DNA of 64,000 bases from Octopus vulgaris (Eukaryota). This document shows positions 27,901-42,279 of the stretch, piece after piece. The stretch is from positions 8,866,001 through 8,930,000 of the forward strand of contig OX597827.1 of NCBI GenBank assembly GCA_951406725.2, written 5' to 3'. The translations under genes were made by a program, and so were the position numbers. Positions within the stretch are counted from its first letter, which is position 1. Each line of letters starts with the position of its first letter. The notes under the pieces were generated by a model, which had not been told where the DNA came from, did no database searches, and saw nothing but the letters and a program-made list of their open reading frames with translations.

Positions 27901-28099
27901 CCCTTTTGTTACCAACCCGGCTGAAACCGGCTCTGGCTCTTTAGTATAAGTTTTGAATTAAAATCTTCCACCAAATCTTAGTCACAATTTATGTCCCTAA
28001 CACTAGCTTAATGATAACGATGTTATTTTACTAAATTCTTTGTTATATTTAAAATAATTTGAAGAAACACAGAGTATCTCAACAGAAATACAGTAACAA
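27901..28099. mobile_element. piggyBac-like MITE, right end damaged
   Basis: TTAA|CCCTTTTGTTAC left end; partial GTAACAA right end; related decayed sequence near 17240-17425 and 40260-40540. Confidence 0.55.
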
Positions 28100-29384
28100 G
28101 CATTGGTTTATGGACATATTTCCTTCTTTTTATATTTCATGTAGAAAATAAATCACTGGAAAAACAAAAATTTTTATATCACATATCCAAATAATATTTT
28201 AAATTAAAAAAAGGATATTTTGATTATTATCTTTGTATTTATTGCTAATCCTAGGAATCTAGAATGTATTATTTTTATATGAATTAATTTACTGTAATTT
28301 CTTTTCTTTTTTTACTACATGTGAAAATAAACTGATAAGAAATTGCAATTCACAAGAAGAAAACATTTCATCTTTTTAAATGTTTTACAATGAAATGTTT
28401 GTTCCAAGTGGGTTTGACTTCAGATTGTCAACCTCTAAACCAGTGGAGCTTAACTTGGATAGTAGCAACCGGCACCCACTGAGTACATTGTGAGTTCACT
28501 AGTGGAGAAGTAAATATCAAGCATGAACTATGGGGGGGGGGCAGGTTAGAGGAGTCAGTATTTTTCATAGGAAAAAAATATTTATACCAGGTTCAATGCT
28601 TATTGTATATTAATAATTTTTTTAAAAAAATTTTTGTCACATCCATCTATCCATCCTTCTCTGCCCACTATTCCTGAGAGCATCGTAGAGGTAGAATCCT
28701 TAGATACTTCTTCCATAGGGCCCTATCAGAAGTAACCATCACTATATTTTCCAACTGATTTCCCAAGCATAACCAACTGAGACTATGGATATTACTCACC
28801 CATCACATTCTTAGAATGCCCCTCGGTATTTTGCTGGTTGGCTTGGCTTGAAAAATCCATCTGGCAGCATTCTAATCATATGTCCATTGAACTATCAGTG
28901 AATAGAAACATGATAAAAGATGGGCTAAGGTCCAGGATGATTTGATTATATGATTCTTTGCTGTCCGTTGAAGTGTCCTTAAAAATTTAATATATACGGG
29001 TCACTAGTCAGTTAATAGAATTAAATGATGGCACATGATGGATAAGTTAATAAAAAAATTTGGGTAAGCTACTGAACGAAATTAGCTTCTGTTTGAATAA
29101 AATAATTAAATAATCTGCATTTTATTCTTTGTTACAAAATATAAGGAAGACCTTATGTATTGTCATTAACATGAAGTTATATTCTGAAAACATATACTTG
29201 CAGCGAAACTTGTGTGTGTGTATGTGTGTGTGTGCATAATAGATATTATTTCATCTTAGTATTTTTATAGCTATTTTATCTAAATACCCACATTATGGAT
29301 TTTATAATTCCACTAATTCAATCATCCATACAAAATGTCATTAACGTTTTCAAACTAGTATACTTTCAATGATATTATTTGTCG

Positions 29385-29421
29385 AATATATATATATATA
29401 TACAAATACATATATATACAG

Positions 29422-29470
<49 letters not shown>

Positions 29471-29595
29471 CATACATATATATATACATATACATATATG
29501 TATATACATATATATATACATATATATATACATATATATATACATATACATATATATATACATATACATTTATATACATATACATATATATATAC

Positions 29596-29646
<51 letters not shown>

Positions 29647-29739
29647 CATATATATATACATGCATATACATATATATACATATACATATATATACATACA
29701 TATACATACATATACATATACATATATACATATATATAC

Positions 29740-29808
<69 letters not shown>

Positions 29809-29850
29809 CACACACACATATATATATATAAGAGAGAGAGAGAGAGAGCA
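29385..29850. repeat. (TA)n/(TACA)n microsatellite
   Basis: Direct reading. Confidence 0.95.
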
Positions 29851-30395
29851 AAGATAAGGAAAACGAACGAGAACATGTGAGATTTTGTGGTTGAATTAGA
29901 TTTAGGAAACATCTCTAATTTAGAATACAGTTAATAATAATTTGTAATTCAATACCCCAGTCAAAGTAATTGAGTTATTGTTTCAGCACTAAATATGAAT
30001 CTCTCTTCTATTTCAGAATGATTTAATATAATAATTAAATCTTGCTTATCTTGTAAGACAGTTTGGATTTTATAAATTTGTGCATAGAAATACTGAATTA
30101 GTGTTTTTTGTTTATCTTTTTAATGGCTTTGTTGGAGGGGGGTAGGGTAGCTCTTATTTCCATTTGACTTTTTTTTAAATTTTGTATTAGGGCCTTCGTG
30201 ACTGATAGGAGGATGTAATCCTGACAGAAGACCTGACCCAAATGCTTGCAAGAGAGTGGACTCCCCTAAAGGAGGCACTCAAAAGTTAGGTATGTGGGGG
30301 TGCTAAATGATTTACTACTCAAAACCACACACACACACACACACACACAGATACACACTACACACACACACACAGATACACACTACACACACACA

Positions 30396-30427
<32 letters not shown>

Positions 30428-30649
30428 TACACACTACACACACACACACACACACACACACATATGCATATACACACACACACACACACATGACAGGCTT
30501 CCAGTTTCTGTTTACCACATTACTGAACAAATAAATGGTTGGCCAAAGGTTGTGTAAGGTACCATGCAGTAAGACTGAACCTGAAGCCACTTGCATTAAA
30601 CCCACCATCTAAATACTACAGATCATAAGTTTCTTGTCTCAGAAAAATT

Positions 30650-30977
30650 GAAGCACTCCTTCGATTACGACGATGAGGGTTCCGGTTGATCCGAATCAAC
30701 GGAACAGCCTGCTTGTGAAATTAACGTGTAAGTGGCTGAGCACTCCACAGACACGTGCACCCTTAACATAGTTCTCGGGGATATTCAGCGTGACACAGAG
30801 AGTGACAAGGCCGGCCCTTTGAAGTACAGGTACAACAGAAACAGGAAGTAAGAGTGAGAGAAAGTTGTGGCGAAAGAGTACAGCAGGGATCACTCACAAC
30901 ACCTGGTCTGGAAATCAAAACCACGATCCTATGACCGCGAGTCCGCTGCCCTAACCACTGGGCCATTGCGCTTCCAC
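30650..30977 (-). mobile_element. SINE family C with internal deletion
   Basis: Reverse complement of 10754-11140 lacking about 60 bp after the head. Confidence 0.9.
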
Positions 30978-33879
30978 TTCTCAGAAAAATACAGAAATTA
31001 CTAACACATAGAAGAAATTCACATTTATGGTCAATCATTGATGACTTACAGCAGGTTGATTTTACAGTCTTTTAATTGTACAGAGCTCTAATTATAAATG
31101 CAATTTGAGATCAAAATAATTTATACCATTTTTTTGACTCAGTTATATATTAAAATGTACATAAATTTGTATCATGGAATTTATACTGATTCATTTAACA
31201 TTAAAAGAATTAAGATGTTATATCTATTAAGCTTCCCCTTTTATACCAATGTATTTTTGTTGAGTTCATTTTAGCTGATTACATTCCAAACATTTTTCTA
31301 TTTTGTCCTCAAATCTTTTTGGATGCTAGAAACTATTTTACAAATAATTGTTTCTAATAAAGGTAAAATGTCAGACACTCAAGAGAGAAGGCGGCAAGTC
31401 AATTAAATCAGCTCCAAGAATTTATTTTGCTGAACCCTAAAGGAATGAAAAGTAAAGAACTGGAATTAGAACTGGAATTAAGAATGAAAGGAACCGGAAA
31501 AATACTCCAAGGAATTTTGTCCAACACTAATGAATCTATGAAGATTCACCTACATTTCTACAAATAAAAACGAAGAACTAATTAGTTGTGTGCATAATTA
31601 AAATGGCCAGCTTATCTAAAATTATATCTGGGAAGTTCTAAATGAACAGTGTTCGCAGTATAATTCTGGTTTGAGTAGAATTTGGTTGCTATTTCTAACA
31701 TGTCAAGTCAGCATGTAGAAGTTGCTTTATTGGTTTGTATTACAATAAGCATATAAACTAAGCAAACATTACAAGATTATATAAGTAGATTAAGTATGAA
31801 GCTTCGCTTCTTGGGAAATTCCAAAGTATTATAGTGATATCTATAAATTCTACTGCTATTAGGGAAATATTTGTAACTGCTATAGTTATTGGGAAAAACT
31901 GAAATATTGATTGTATTTATGTTTTACAGTTTAACACTGTTTGCACAGTTTTTAATTTCCTCTTGGATTTATTAGATGTGTTGGATATGTTAGTTGAGTC
32001 TCAATCTGTCTCCTTCTTGACCTATATCTCATTTATTTTAACTATTCATCATACTTTCATATAATAACCCCGGTATTAGTAACATCAACTACAATATTCC
32101 AGTCATTAAGCTGCTTCTGGTTATCCATTCCTCTGTTGCAAATGAAATTTAATGCCCTTAATACATAGCAATCTTCTTAGTTTATCCTATACAATTTATT
32201 CCCCAAAGAAATTTCCCAGTTATCAGAATGGTGATATTTTCCAGATTTTGTTCTCTACTCAAAGACTACTATACATAAGAGAATAGCAGTTATGCTAAAG
32301 TACTGTAAGATTAAGCATAGGCATTATCAAAACCAATTATAGAAATACTACAGCCAAGAATTAAATGGCCATCTAACTCACATCTTTGAATTCCGTACGT
32401 AGGTTCTTCCCAAAACCTATTGTAATATAATCCAGTGAAATGATGACTAATTCACATATCAAGATTCCACAAAATAAATGATATATTGCTCATTAAAGGA
32501 AATTCTGAAAGGCATAACTAAATTTTAAATGAGAAATATCAATAGCTTTTTATATGGAAATGTATCATTGTAATGACACTATATCTAACATTTCTAATAT
32601 TCTAAATGCAGATAATATTATTTGAAGATAGCCTATTATTCTTAACAGTACAGCTAACAGTTAGAAGGAAGGCTATCACTTTAGGCATAATTACCAGTGA
32701 TTTAGAAGCAGTTACTATAGAAATTCAGAAAGAGAAGCTAGTTTTCAACATCACTGATAAACACAATATTATTTAACATGATATTTCAAATATTTTGTCA
32801 ATATTTCATTTATGGAATTTCAATGTCCAATGGAAATTTAGCGGATAGCTTTCATGGTACATGATATAATGTCGTCATCATCATCATCATTGCTATTTAA
32901 TGTACATGGGTTGGACAGTTTGAGAGAAGCTGGCCAGCTGCAGAGCTGTCCAGGCCTCGTATCTGTTTTGACATGGTTTCTACAGCTGGATGCCCTTCCT
33001 CACACCAACCATTGTACAGAATATACTGGGTGCTTTTATGCAGCACTGGCACAGGTGCATTTACATGGCATCAGCATGGGTGCCTTTTATATGGTACTGG
33101 CACCCAAGAACCTGTAAGATTAGGAACACTCAGCTAAAGATGGATGCAGGGAACATGTTAGAAATAATAAATTATTATTGTTGTTTGCTATTGTTTTGCC
33201 ACAGATCATCTCTGGTCTTGCAAGTCTATGCTTAAAGACATTTCAAAATGACCACCCCATTTTATTTTCTGTTAAGGAACCCAAAACTACAATTTCTAAT
33301 GTGCTCCTCAATTTAAAAAAATTTTTTTTTTTTAATATGGTAGACTGTAGCTTGAAAGATCTCTGCTATTTTGAGCCCCTGCATAGAAGTTACTTTGTTC
33401 ATTCATATTATAATATTTCTATGAAGTAAATTTCATATAAAGACACATGAACAGAAAACTTTGTATGCATTACAGAGAAAGTAAGATTTAAATTTTCATT
33501 GCATCGGACAAGCAAAATACCATAAAAGGAAATGATAAAATTCTTAACAGTATCGTATAAACAAAATCAAGGCTTCCTAATTAAAACCATTTTAAAAACA
33601 TTACTAAAAGAATCCTCCAAAACAAAACCATATGGTTAAATTCTATAGAGTTGGACTTTACATAACTATACACACACACATATTCAAAAACACATAAGCA
33701 CACATAGTCACGCATGTAAATCCAAGTTTGTAGAATTTGAACACCCAACTGCAAGATGCTGAACTCGATAACAACAAACATTTATTCCTTCTCTAACTGA
33801 TCAGAATTGATTTAAAAATTGTTGCCATCTATAAATAACAATTACTGTGAATATAGAAGAATACTTATTCAATACAGAA

Positions 33880-34118
<239 letters not shown>

Positions 34119-34119
34119 G

Positions 34120-34516
34120 GTTTCAAATTTTCCCACAAGGGCAGCTTTTTTGTTGGGGAGAGGATGAGTCAATTGCATTGACCCCAGTACTCAACGGGTA
34201 CTTAATTTATTGACCCCCAAAAGAATGAAAGGCAAAGTCAACATCAGTGGAATTTGAACTCAGAATGTAACAGCAGACGAAATACCTATTTCTTTACTAC
34301 CCACAAGGGGCTAAACACAGAGAGGACAAACAAGGACAAACGGATTAAGTCGATTATATCGACCCCAGTGCGTAACTGGTCCTTATTTAATCGACCCCGA
34401 AAGGATGAAAGGCGAAGTTGACCTCGGTGGATTTTGAACTCAGAATATAGCAGCAGACAAAATACCGCTAAGCATTTTGCCTGGCATGCTAACGATACTG
34501 CCTGCTTGCTACCTTA
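34120..34516 (-). mobile_element. SINE family B composite (short-tail copy joined into long-tail copy)
   Basis: Two successive central domains; junction GACGAAATACC|TATTTCTTTAC near 34286. Confidence 0.8.
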
Positions 34517-34656
34517 AATGATAATGAAACTAAAAAAAAATTAATAATAATAATAATAATAAAATGTTCCATTGTTGTTACTTAAGGTCTCTGGGCAAGA
34601 CTTGGAACAGGTTGTATAAAACAAAGCAACAACAATATAAATAATGATAATAATAA

Positions 34657-34743
34657 TCTTTTCTATTATAGGCACAAGGCCTGAAATTTTGGTGGAGAGG
34701 GTTAGTCAATTACTCTAATAATTATAATAATAATAACAACAAC

Positions 34744-34808
<65 letters not shown>

Positions 34809-34928
34809 TAATAATGATAATAATAATAATAATAATAACAATCCTTTCTACTATTGGCACAAGGCCTGAAATTTTGGTGGAGAGGGTTAGTCAATTACTC
34901 TAATAATCATAATAATAATAACAACAAC

Positions 34929-34996
<68 letters not shown>

Positions 34997-35060
34997 TAAT
35001 AATGATAATAATAATAATAATAATAACAATCCTTTCTACTATTGGCACAAGGCCTGAAAT
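34657..35060. repeat. Tandem duplication (~186 bp) of family-B tail plus (AAT)n
   Basis: GGCACAAGGCCTGAAATTTTGGTGGAGAGGGTTAGTCAATTACTCTAAT twice, with a third tail start at about 35030. Confidence 0.85.
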
Positions 35061-35196
35061 TTGGGGGAGGGGACAGCTGATTACATTGATCCCAGTTCAC
35101 AACTGGTACTTATTTTATCAACCCCAAAAGGATGAAAATGCAAAAGTCGACCTCAGTGGAATTTCAACTCAGAATAATAATAATAATATTAATAAC

Positions 35197-35254
<58 letters not shown>

Positions 35255-35264
35255 GAAATAATAG

Positions 35265-35700
35265 AGAAACTATAAATAGAGAAATCAAGGCTAATAGATC
35301 AGATATAATTGTCAGAGAAAAAGGATGCCCTCTAATCGATACCAACAGATGACAATGTTTCCCTAAAAGAAACAGAAACTTTCAAAATGCAAAGAGCTGT
35401 TAATAGAAGTAACTCCAATGTGGAGCCTTAAATCAGAAACAATTCCTACAATAGTAGGTACATTAGATATGACAAAAATATTCAGATATATACATAACAA
35501 AAACATCAGGACTTACAAGTATGTATGACATACAGAAAATAGCACTACTGGACACCGCACACATCCTACATAAGACACTTTCAATATAGTGGAAGTAAGA
35601 ACACCACAACAAACCACAGCACGTAACCAAGGCACACAAAGCTGCACTCGGTAGTGAAGTGAAAGCACGGGATGAAAATATGACTACTGAATAATAATAA
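35265..35700 (+). mobile_element. R4/Dong-clade non-LTR retrotransposon 3' fragment (restriction-like endonuclease and 3'UTR)
   Basis: Degenerate REIKANRSDIIV..LID, DDNVSLKETE, IQKIALLDTAHILHKTLSI*; flanked by (AAT)n on both sides. Confidence 0.8.
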
Positions 35701-35729
35701 TGAGAATAATAATTATGTAATTTATAATC

Positions 35730-36130
35730 CAGAGCAGATACCTGCCTGGCTGACTAAAGTAACTACCTACATACTACCAACAACTGATGAGAGAAAATAG
35801 CATAAGAATTAACACCCAATAACATGTCTTACTACTTTTTACAAGACCTTTCTTCACATCTGTAATAATTGGTAGAATGTACACATTCCTTGAACTCCAT
35901 CCTTACACAAAAGCTAAAATGTTGTAGAAGAAATTTCTATGATTGCAAAGACCAATCACTCGTAAATAGATTGATCTTAGAAAAATTGCCACAGCAAAAA
36001 CCAAAATATTGAATTCAGCATGGATAGATTACAAGAAAGTGTTTGATAGTGCCCCACATAAATGGATACTTAAAGCCCATGATACTTAAAGCCCTGTCAT
36101 TTCCAGCTTCTTATGACATAGTATGATGAA
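35730..36130 (+). mobile_element. R4/Dong-type reverse transcriptase relic
   Basis: Frameshifted motifs PAWLTKVTTYILP, PITCLTTFYK, CKDQSLVNRLILE, AWIDYKKVFDSAPHKWILKA. Confidence 0.8.
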
Positions 36131-36197
36131 ACAGAACTCCCATCTTAGTTAAAATTCTTTAATCATATTCAGTTAATATTCTCATTGTTCACTTTAT

Positions 36198-36655
36198 AGG
36201 TGCAGGCATAGCTATGTGGTAAGGAGTTTGCTTCCCAACCACGTAGTTCCAGGTTCAGTCCCACTGTGTGGCACCTTGGGCAAATGTTATTAACTATAGC
36301 CTCAAGCTGACCAAAACCCTTGTAAAATGATTTCATTGGGGGAAATGGAAAGAAGCCCATCATATATGTATGTATATATATATATGTGTGTGTGCATGTG
36401 CGTGTATGTGTGTGTGTGTGTATGTGTGTGTGTGTGTATGTGTATTTGCTTGTGACAGTGCTTGTCCTTCACCACTACTTGATAACCAGTGTTGGTGTGT
36501 TTATGTCTCTGTGGTCTAGCAGTTCAGCAAAAGAGACCAATAGAATGAGTACTTAAAAAGATGTACTGGGATCAATTCATTTAACAAAGGCTTTTCAAGG
36601 CAGTGCCCCAGCATAACCACTGTCTAATGACTGAAACAAAGTAAAGAAACGATAA
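36198..36655 (+). mobile_element. SINE family A, diverged
   Basis: Colinear similarity. Confidence 0.8.
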
Positions 36656-36677
36656 AACATGGGTTAAATATTTTATA

Positions 36678-36980
36678 TGTGGAGGCACATGGCTTAGTGG
36701 TTAGAGCAGCAGACTTGTGGTTGAGGGATCATGGGTTCCAATCTCAGACCGGGCGATGTGTGTGTTAATGAGCAAAACACCTAAGCTCCACGCAGCTCTG
36801 GCAGAAGGTAATGGCGAACGTCTGCTGACGCTTTCGCCACAACATTCTCTCACTCTTTCCTTCTGCATCTTGCAGCTCACCTGTGATGGACCTGCGTCCC
36901 ATCCAGGTGGGGAACCTATACGCCAAAGAAACCAGGAAACCGGCCCTATGAGCCAGGCATTGCTTGAGAAAGACCAAACA
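36678..36980 (+). mobile_element. SINE family C head with a third tail type
   Basis: GTGGAGGCACATGGCTTAGTGGTTAGAGCAGC head; tail CTGTGATGGACCTGCGTCCCATCCAGG differs from the 10754 copy. Confidence 0.75.
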
Positions 36981-37463
36981 AATATTTTAGATGTATTTTC
37001 ACAAGCTTGTTATGCCAACCTTTTGCACCCACTTGAATTTAGAGTATCAGCATAATAGCTAGTATGCTAGTGTAGTCTATTAGCATAATGAATTTCTTTC
37101 CAATCATTTTACTTCTCATAGACAAAACACTCATATGCATGTGTATGTGATGGTGTGTGCATGGAATAACGTGTATGTGTGTTTGTATATGTGTGTGCAT
37201 GTGTATTTCATGTGTATGTGCATCTGTATGATGGCATATTTTTATGTCTTCATAAATTAGAGGTTCAGCAAAACAGTAAATGATAGACTAAATACCAGAC
37301 ATTCAAAAAAGTACTTGGGTAGATTTGATCTACTAATCCAACCCATGCCAGCATGGAAAACGGACGCTAAACGATGATGATGATGATGATGATGAAGATA
37401 TGTCTCAGCAGAGACAAGAAAAACACAATGAAAAATAAAATCAAATAAAAAATAAAAATATAT

Positions 37464-37860
37464 AGGCATAGGAGTGGCTGTGTGGTAAGTAGCTTAATTA
37501 TGAACCACATGGTTCCGGTTTCAGTCCCACTGCGTGGCACCTTGGGTAAGTGTCTTCTACTATAACCTCAGGCTGACCAAAGCCTTGTGAGTGGATTTGG
37601 TAGGCGGAAAGTGAAAGAAGCCCGACCAGTGTATGTATATATATATATGTATGTGTGTGTATATGCTTGTGTGTCTGTGCCTTTCCCCCCAACATCACTT
37701 GACAACCGATGCTGGTGTGTTTATGTCTCCGTAACTTAGCAGTTGGCAAAAGAGACCAATAGAATAAGTACTAGGCTTACAAAGAGTAAGTCCTGAGGTT
37801 GATTTGCTCTATCGACTAAAGGCGGTGCTCCAGCATGGCCACAGTCAAATGACTGAAGAG
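37464..37860 (+). mobile_element. SINE family A
   Basis: Colinear similarity. Confidence 0.88.
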
Positions 37861-37940
37861 AGGTATTAATTAGTTGGCATCTCTGAATAATCTAAATTTT
37901 CATAAAGTCCTTTGCTTTTTGCCAACAAATATAAATTATA

Positions 37941-38836
37941 CGAAGTGATATTGAAAGCTTCCTGGACTAGTTATGTTTAATACAAAATAACTTATTTCCC
38001 AAAGTTTTAACACCATCTCCTTCAAAACAGTCACCTTGCACAGCAATACACTGGTCCCAACATTCCTGCCTATTTTAGGAATCTGGTTTGGAAGTTGCTT
38101 ACTGTAAGCACGTTGAGGAGCTTCTGTGATGCACTCCGGATCTCAACAACAGTGTTAAATGGTGACCATTGAGCTGCATTTTCATCTTGGGGAACAGATG
38201 GAAGTCCACCAGTGCTAAATCTGGCGAATAGCAAATGGGTGCAGAAGTGATACCATGTTGTTTTTGGTGAGAAACTCATGAATGAGGAGAACTCAGTGAA
38301 GAATCTAATTCTTCATGCTCCACAGATCCGGTCGCTTTCACTGAATGCCCTTCCTCAAACAGTTCAAAACATCACAGTTGAACTCTCAATTGATGGCCTG
38401 GCTCTGAGGAATAAATTCTTGATGTACAATAACTGCATTTCCAGAAATGACATTTGTGGCAGGTCTTGCAGATTGTTCATTGTCTTCCAGGAGTGTTCTG
38501 CTTTCAAAGTATCTGTGCCACTCCAAACATTGCATAAAACCCATTACATCATCGCCATAAACTTACTGAAGCATGCTCAATGTCTCTGTAGCAGTATTTC
38601 CAAGTTTAAGGCAAAATTTCCCATTGGCTCTTTGCTCCTGTCCATGACAAAATTGCAGACTACTGCATACACGTGATCACAAAAACACAAATTTCACAAC
38701 TTGCGAAGTAAACCCAGGGATGTCACCTAGTGCAATGCCTCATGAAGGTCACTGCTAGCTCTCATTACACATGCAGTTCTGTGCTGCCATCTGTTGGCAC
38801 ACTACAGAGCTAGTCCAATAACTTTTTGATATCATC

Positions 38837-38839
<3 letters not shown>
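37941..38839 (-). mobile_element. Degenerate internally deleted mariner
   Basis: Imperfect TIRs TA|CGAAGTGATATTGAAAGCTTCCTGGACTAG / CTAGTCCAATAACTTTTTGATATCATCTTC|TA; minus-strand KFCLKLGNTATET and YSPDLALVDFHLFP. Confidence 0.85.
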
Positions 38840-38880
<41 letters not shown>

Positions 38881-39330
38881 GCACATATACATGTGTGTGT
38901 GTGAGTGTGTATGCATGAGTGTGTGCGTGCATGTGTGTGCATGCATGTGTGTGTGTATGTGTATGTTTATTAAGTAATTCATTTACTAATACTTTAGGAA
39001 GCTATGAGCAAAGTATTTCAGACCAAAAGTGACAGTTAAAAACTAAAGCATGTCTAAAGTTGTCTTCCATACTTGCTGAAGTAAAAATAATGTTGATCAT
39101 TAACTAATATTTTTCTTTTACCACATTTCTGAACATACTTATGCTTTTAATGTTTTAAGTAGTAAACATACACCAATCCATTTAACTATTAAATACTAAC
39201 TGCACTTTGTATCTACCAGAAGAGTTTTTCTTTAAAGTTAAAAGAGAATATACCAACCTACCTACCTACCTACCTATCTATCTACCTACCTACTTACCTA
39301 CCTACCTACCAACATACATACATACATACA

Positions 39331-39362
<32 letters not shown>

Positions 39363-39488
39363 CATACATACGTACATATATACAAACATACATATGCATA
39401 CACAAGCATGCGCACACATACACATATATGTGTCTATTTATATATATGTATATAAATGTGTGTATATATATATATATATATATAAATC

Positions 39489-39532
<44 letters not shown>

Positions 39533-42118
39533 CATAGACACACATTTATACATATATATTTATACATTTATACATATATTTTCATATCCACACACGTGTG
39601 TGTTTGTGTGTGAAAGCATGCTTGTGTGTATGCCTATGTAAGTATGTTTGTATGTATGTATGTATGCAGGCAAGCAGGTGGGTAGGTATATTCTGTTTTA
39701 ACTTATTTATATACATATATGTACACATACATATACACACATACATATCAAAAAGTACACCCACGCACACCCACACTCACACACACATATATATGCACAT
39801 ATTGACATATATAAAAGTTTTCATTTATGAGTTTAGTTAATCTAAAGATGATGTAATTCATCAAACAGATAAACTGGACGTAATCATATTAAATTGAGGC
39901 AGTTTAAGCAAACCAAACATCACTTGATTTATATCCAATAAAACGTGGGAAAAGTTTGATTTCTACTATGGTAAAAGTTTCTTAATTATCTTCTTGTTTG
40001 CATAATTATACTCTACAAATTTAATGCAAATTTAGTTACGAATTATATCTATTAGTCATTCTCTGGTTCAGTACAAATGAATAGCTAATTGTAAGAATAT
40101 CATAAGCATTTTTAATGACCCCCACAAATGTTTGAAACTATTTCTAAATTGCTTTTATAATTATTTTGGTCAATTTAGTTATTCAGACAATTATGACCAA
40201 ACATTAGAATTACTCTGTAATTAGCCAGAGACTTTAATTTAGTAGAAAACCTAAACATCTTTTTGATAACTTGTTGATACTTATGTCATTATATTTCTAT
40301 TGAAATACATTGCATTTGATTCAATTAATTTTGAATAAAAAATGAAGAATTTGGTAAAATAGATTTTGCTATTATTGAATTGATTACTAAGATATAAATT
40401 AGCATTAAATTTTGATGGTTTTAGTTCAGACACCTTTAAAGCTGGAGGTCTCTGTCATAGAATCAGAGTTAATCTGTTAATCTTTCATCTCTATAGAATC
40501 AGAGTTAATTTCAGGTGAGCTTGAAGCAAAAGGGTTCATACTTGTCTAAATCAAGTCTTCAGGCTCATGAAGTGGGGGCTTCTTCAGAATTTCAAGGTGC
40601 TTATACTGAGCATACAAGACCACGCCATGAATAGAACACCATTTCATTGTAGAGTTAACCTCCACATACTACTGGTGGTCCTCATACTATTGGTACTCAT
40701 CTTCCACTCAGTACAGTGGAGTATTGTGAAATGAAGTGCCTTGCTTGAGGACATAAAGTGCTGCCCAATTTGAGAACTGAACTTAACAATCATGCATCCA
40801 ACATTCTAACAACTCTTCTATTTGCCTTCACTTTCATATCTGAAACCATAATATGTTACTTCAATTTGTTGATACTTTTTAATTGGTTTCGCTAATTCTG
40901 CTGCTCTCATGCTAAAGTTTTGTCTTCAAGGATTTAAGTAAAAAAAAATCAGCCAGCTAAAGTAAGGGACTTAAGAAAGGGAATGCAAACCAGTATAAAC
41001 ATAAACAAAGACACATACACACACAGGCACATACATACATACATACATACCCTCATGTAAGGCCCTCATGCTTTCCGAAATCTGCCGAAACTACACCTGA
41101 TTATATATACACTTTAGATGAGTTGTAGTGCACCTGAGCACTGTACACAATTATTATTATTATTATTATATTATTATTATAGATACACACCATACATACA
41201 TACACAAATACATACATGTATACGTAAATGCATATATACATATATGCATACAAACACAGATACATGCATACATAAATATACTCACCCTCACACACACAAT
41301 CATACATACGTGTACACATACATACACACACCACACACACATACACAGAACATATCTCTGCACATTTTCCTCTCTACCTAAATTCCATTCACAAGTGGTT
41401 AGTCAAGCTAAGACTATGGTACGTATCATTGGCCCCCATGCTCCATGAAGTACTTAGGATCAGATCAGACTGAAAGCGCATGACAGCCAAGTAGACTTCT
41501 TTACCACAGAGCCACATTTTGAAGTTTCATTGTAAACAATTAAATTTGTAATGTTTCTTAAGCAGACATCAGATTCAATTCATGACTTTCAAAAGAAATA
41601 TTATTTTCTTACTGATGAGCAGCCTTATCCCAAAATAACAGCCAGCTATCATCTATTTTAATATCAAATTATTTTGTCTGCATCCACTGAACTGTAACAA
41701 AGTAAATAGTCGGAAGAATATTGAGAGGCACTTGGCTGACATGAGAGAAAAAAATAAACAGTAAAAAGAAGACTATCTGTTGACAATGATTTACATTAAA
41801 CTAAGAAAATTCCTCGTAAACAGAGCTTACTTTGAAATTTTCAATATCTAATGAATTCCCCCACCATCTTCCACCTACATATTAATATGCAGAGTTTGAT
41901 ATTTTCAAAACCTAAACATAACTGAGAAAAGTGTCTTCTATAATATTTAATGTAAGAAAAACCAAACTAAGATAAAAAAAAAAGAAAGAAAGAAAACAAA
42001 AACACAAAAAAAAGAGCTATGATAACAGCAGCAATAAATTCTATACATATCTTGTTTATGGTTTAACCTTTAACATATGTCTACAATATAAAATTCATAC
42101 ACACACCACACATATCTA

Positions 42119-42195
<77 letters not shown>

Positions 42196-42210
42196 ATATG
42201 TATATATGTA

Positions 42211-42279
<69 letters not shown>
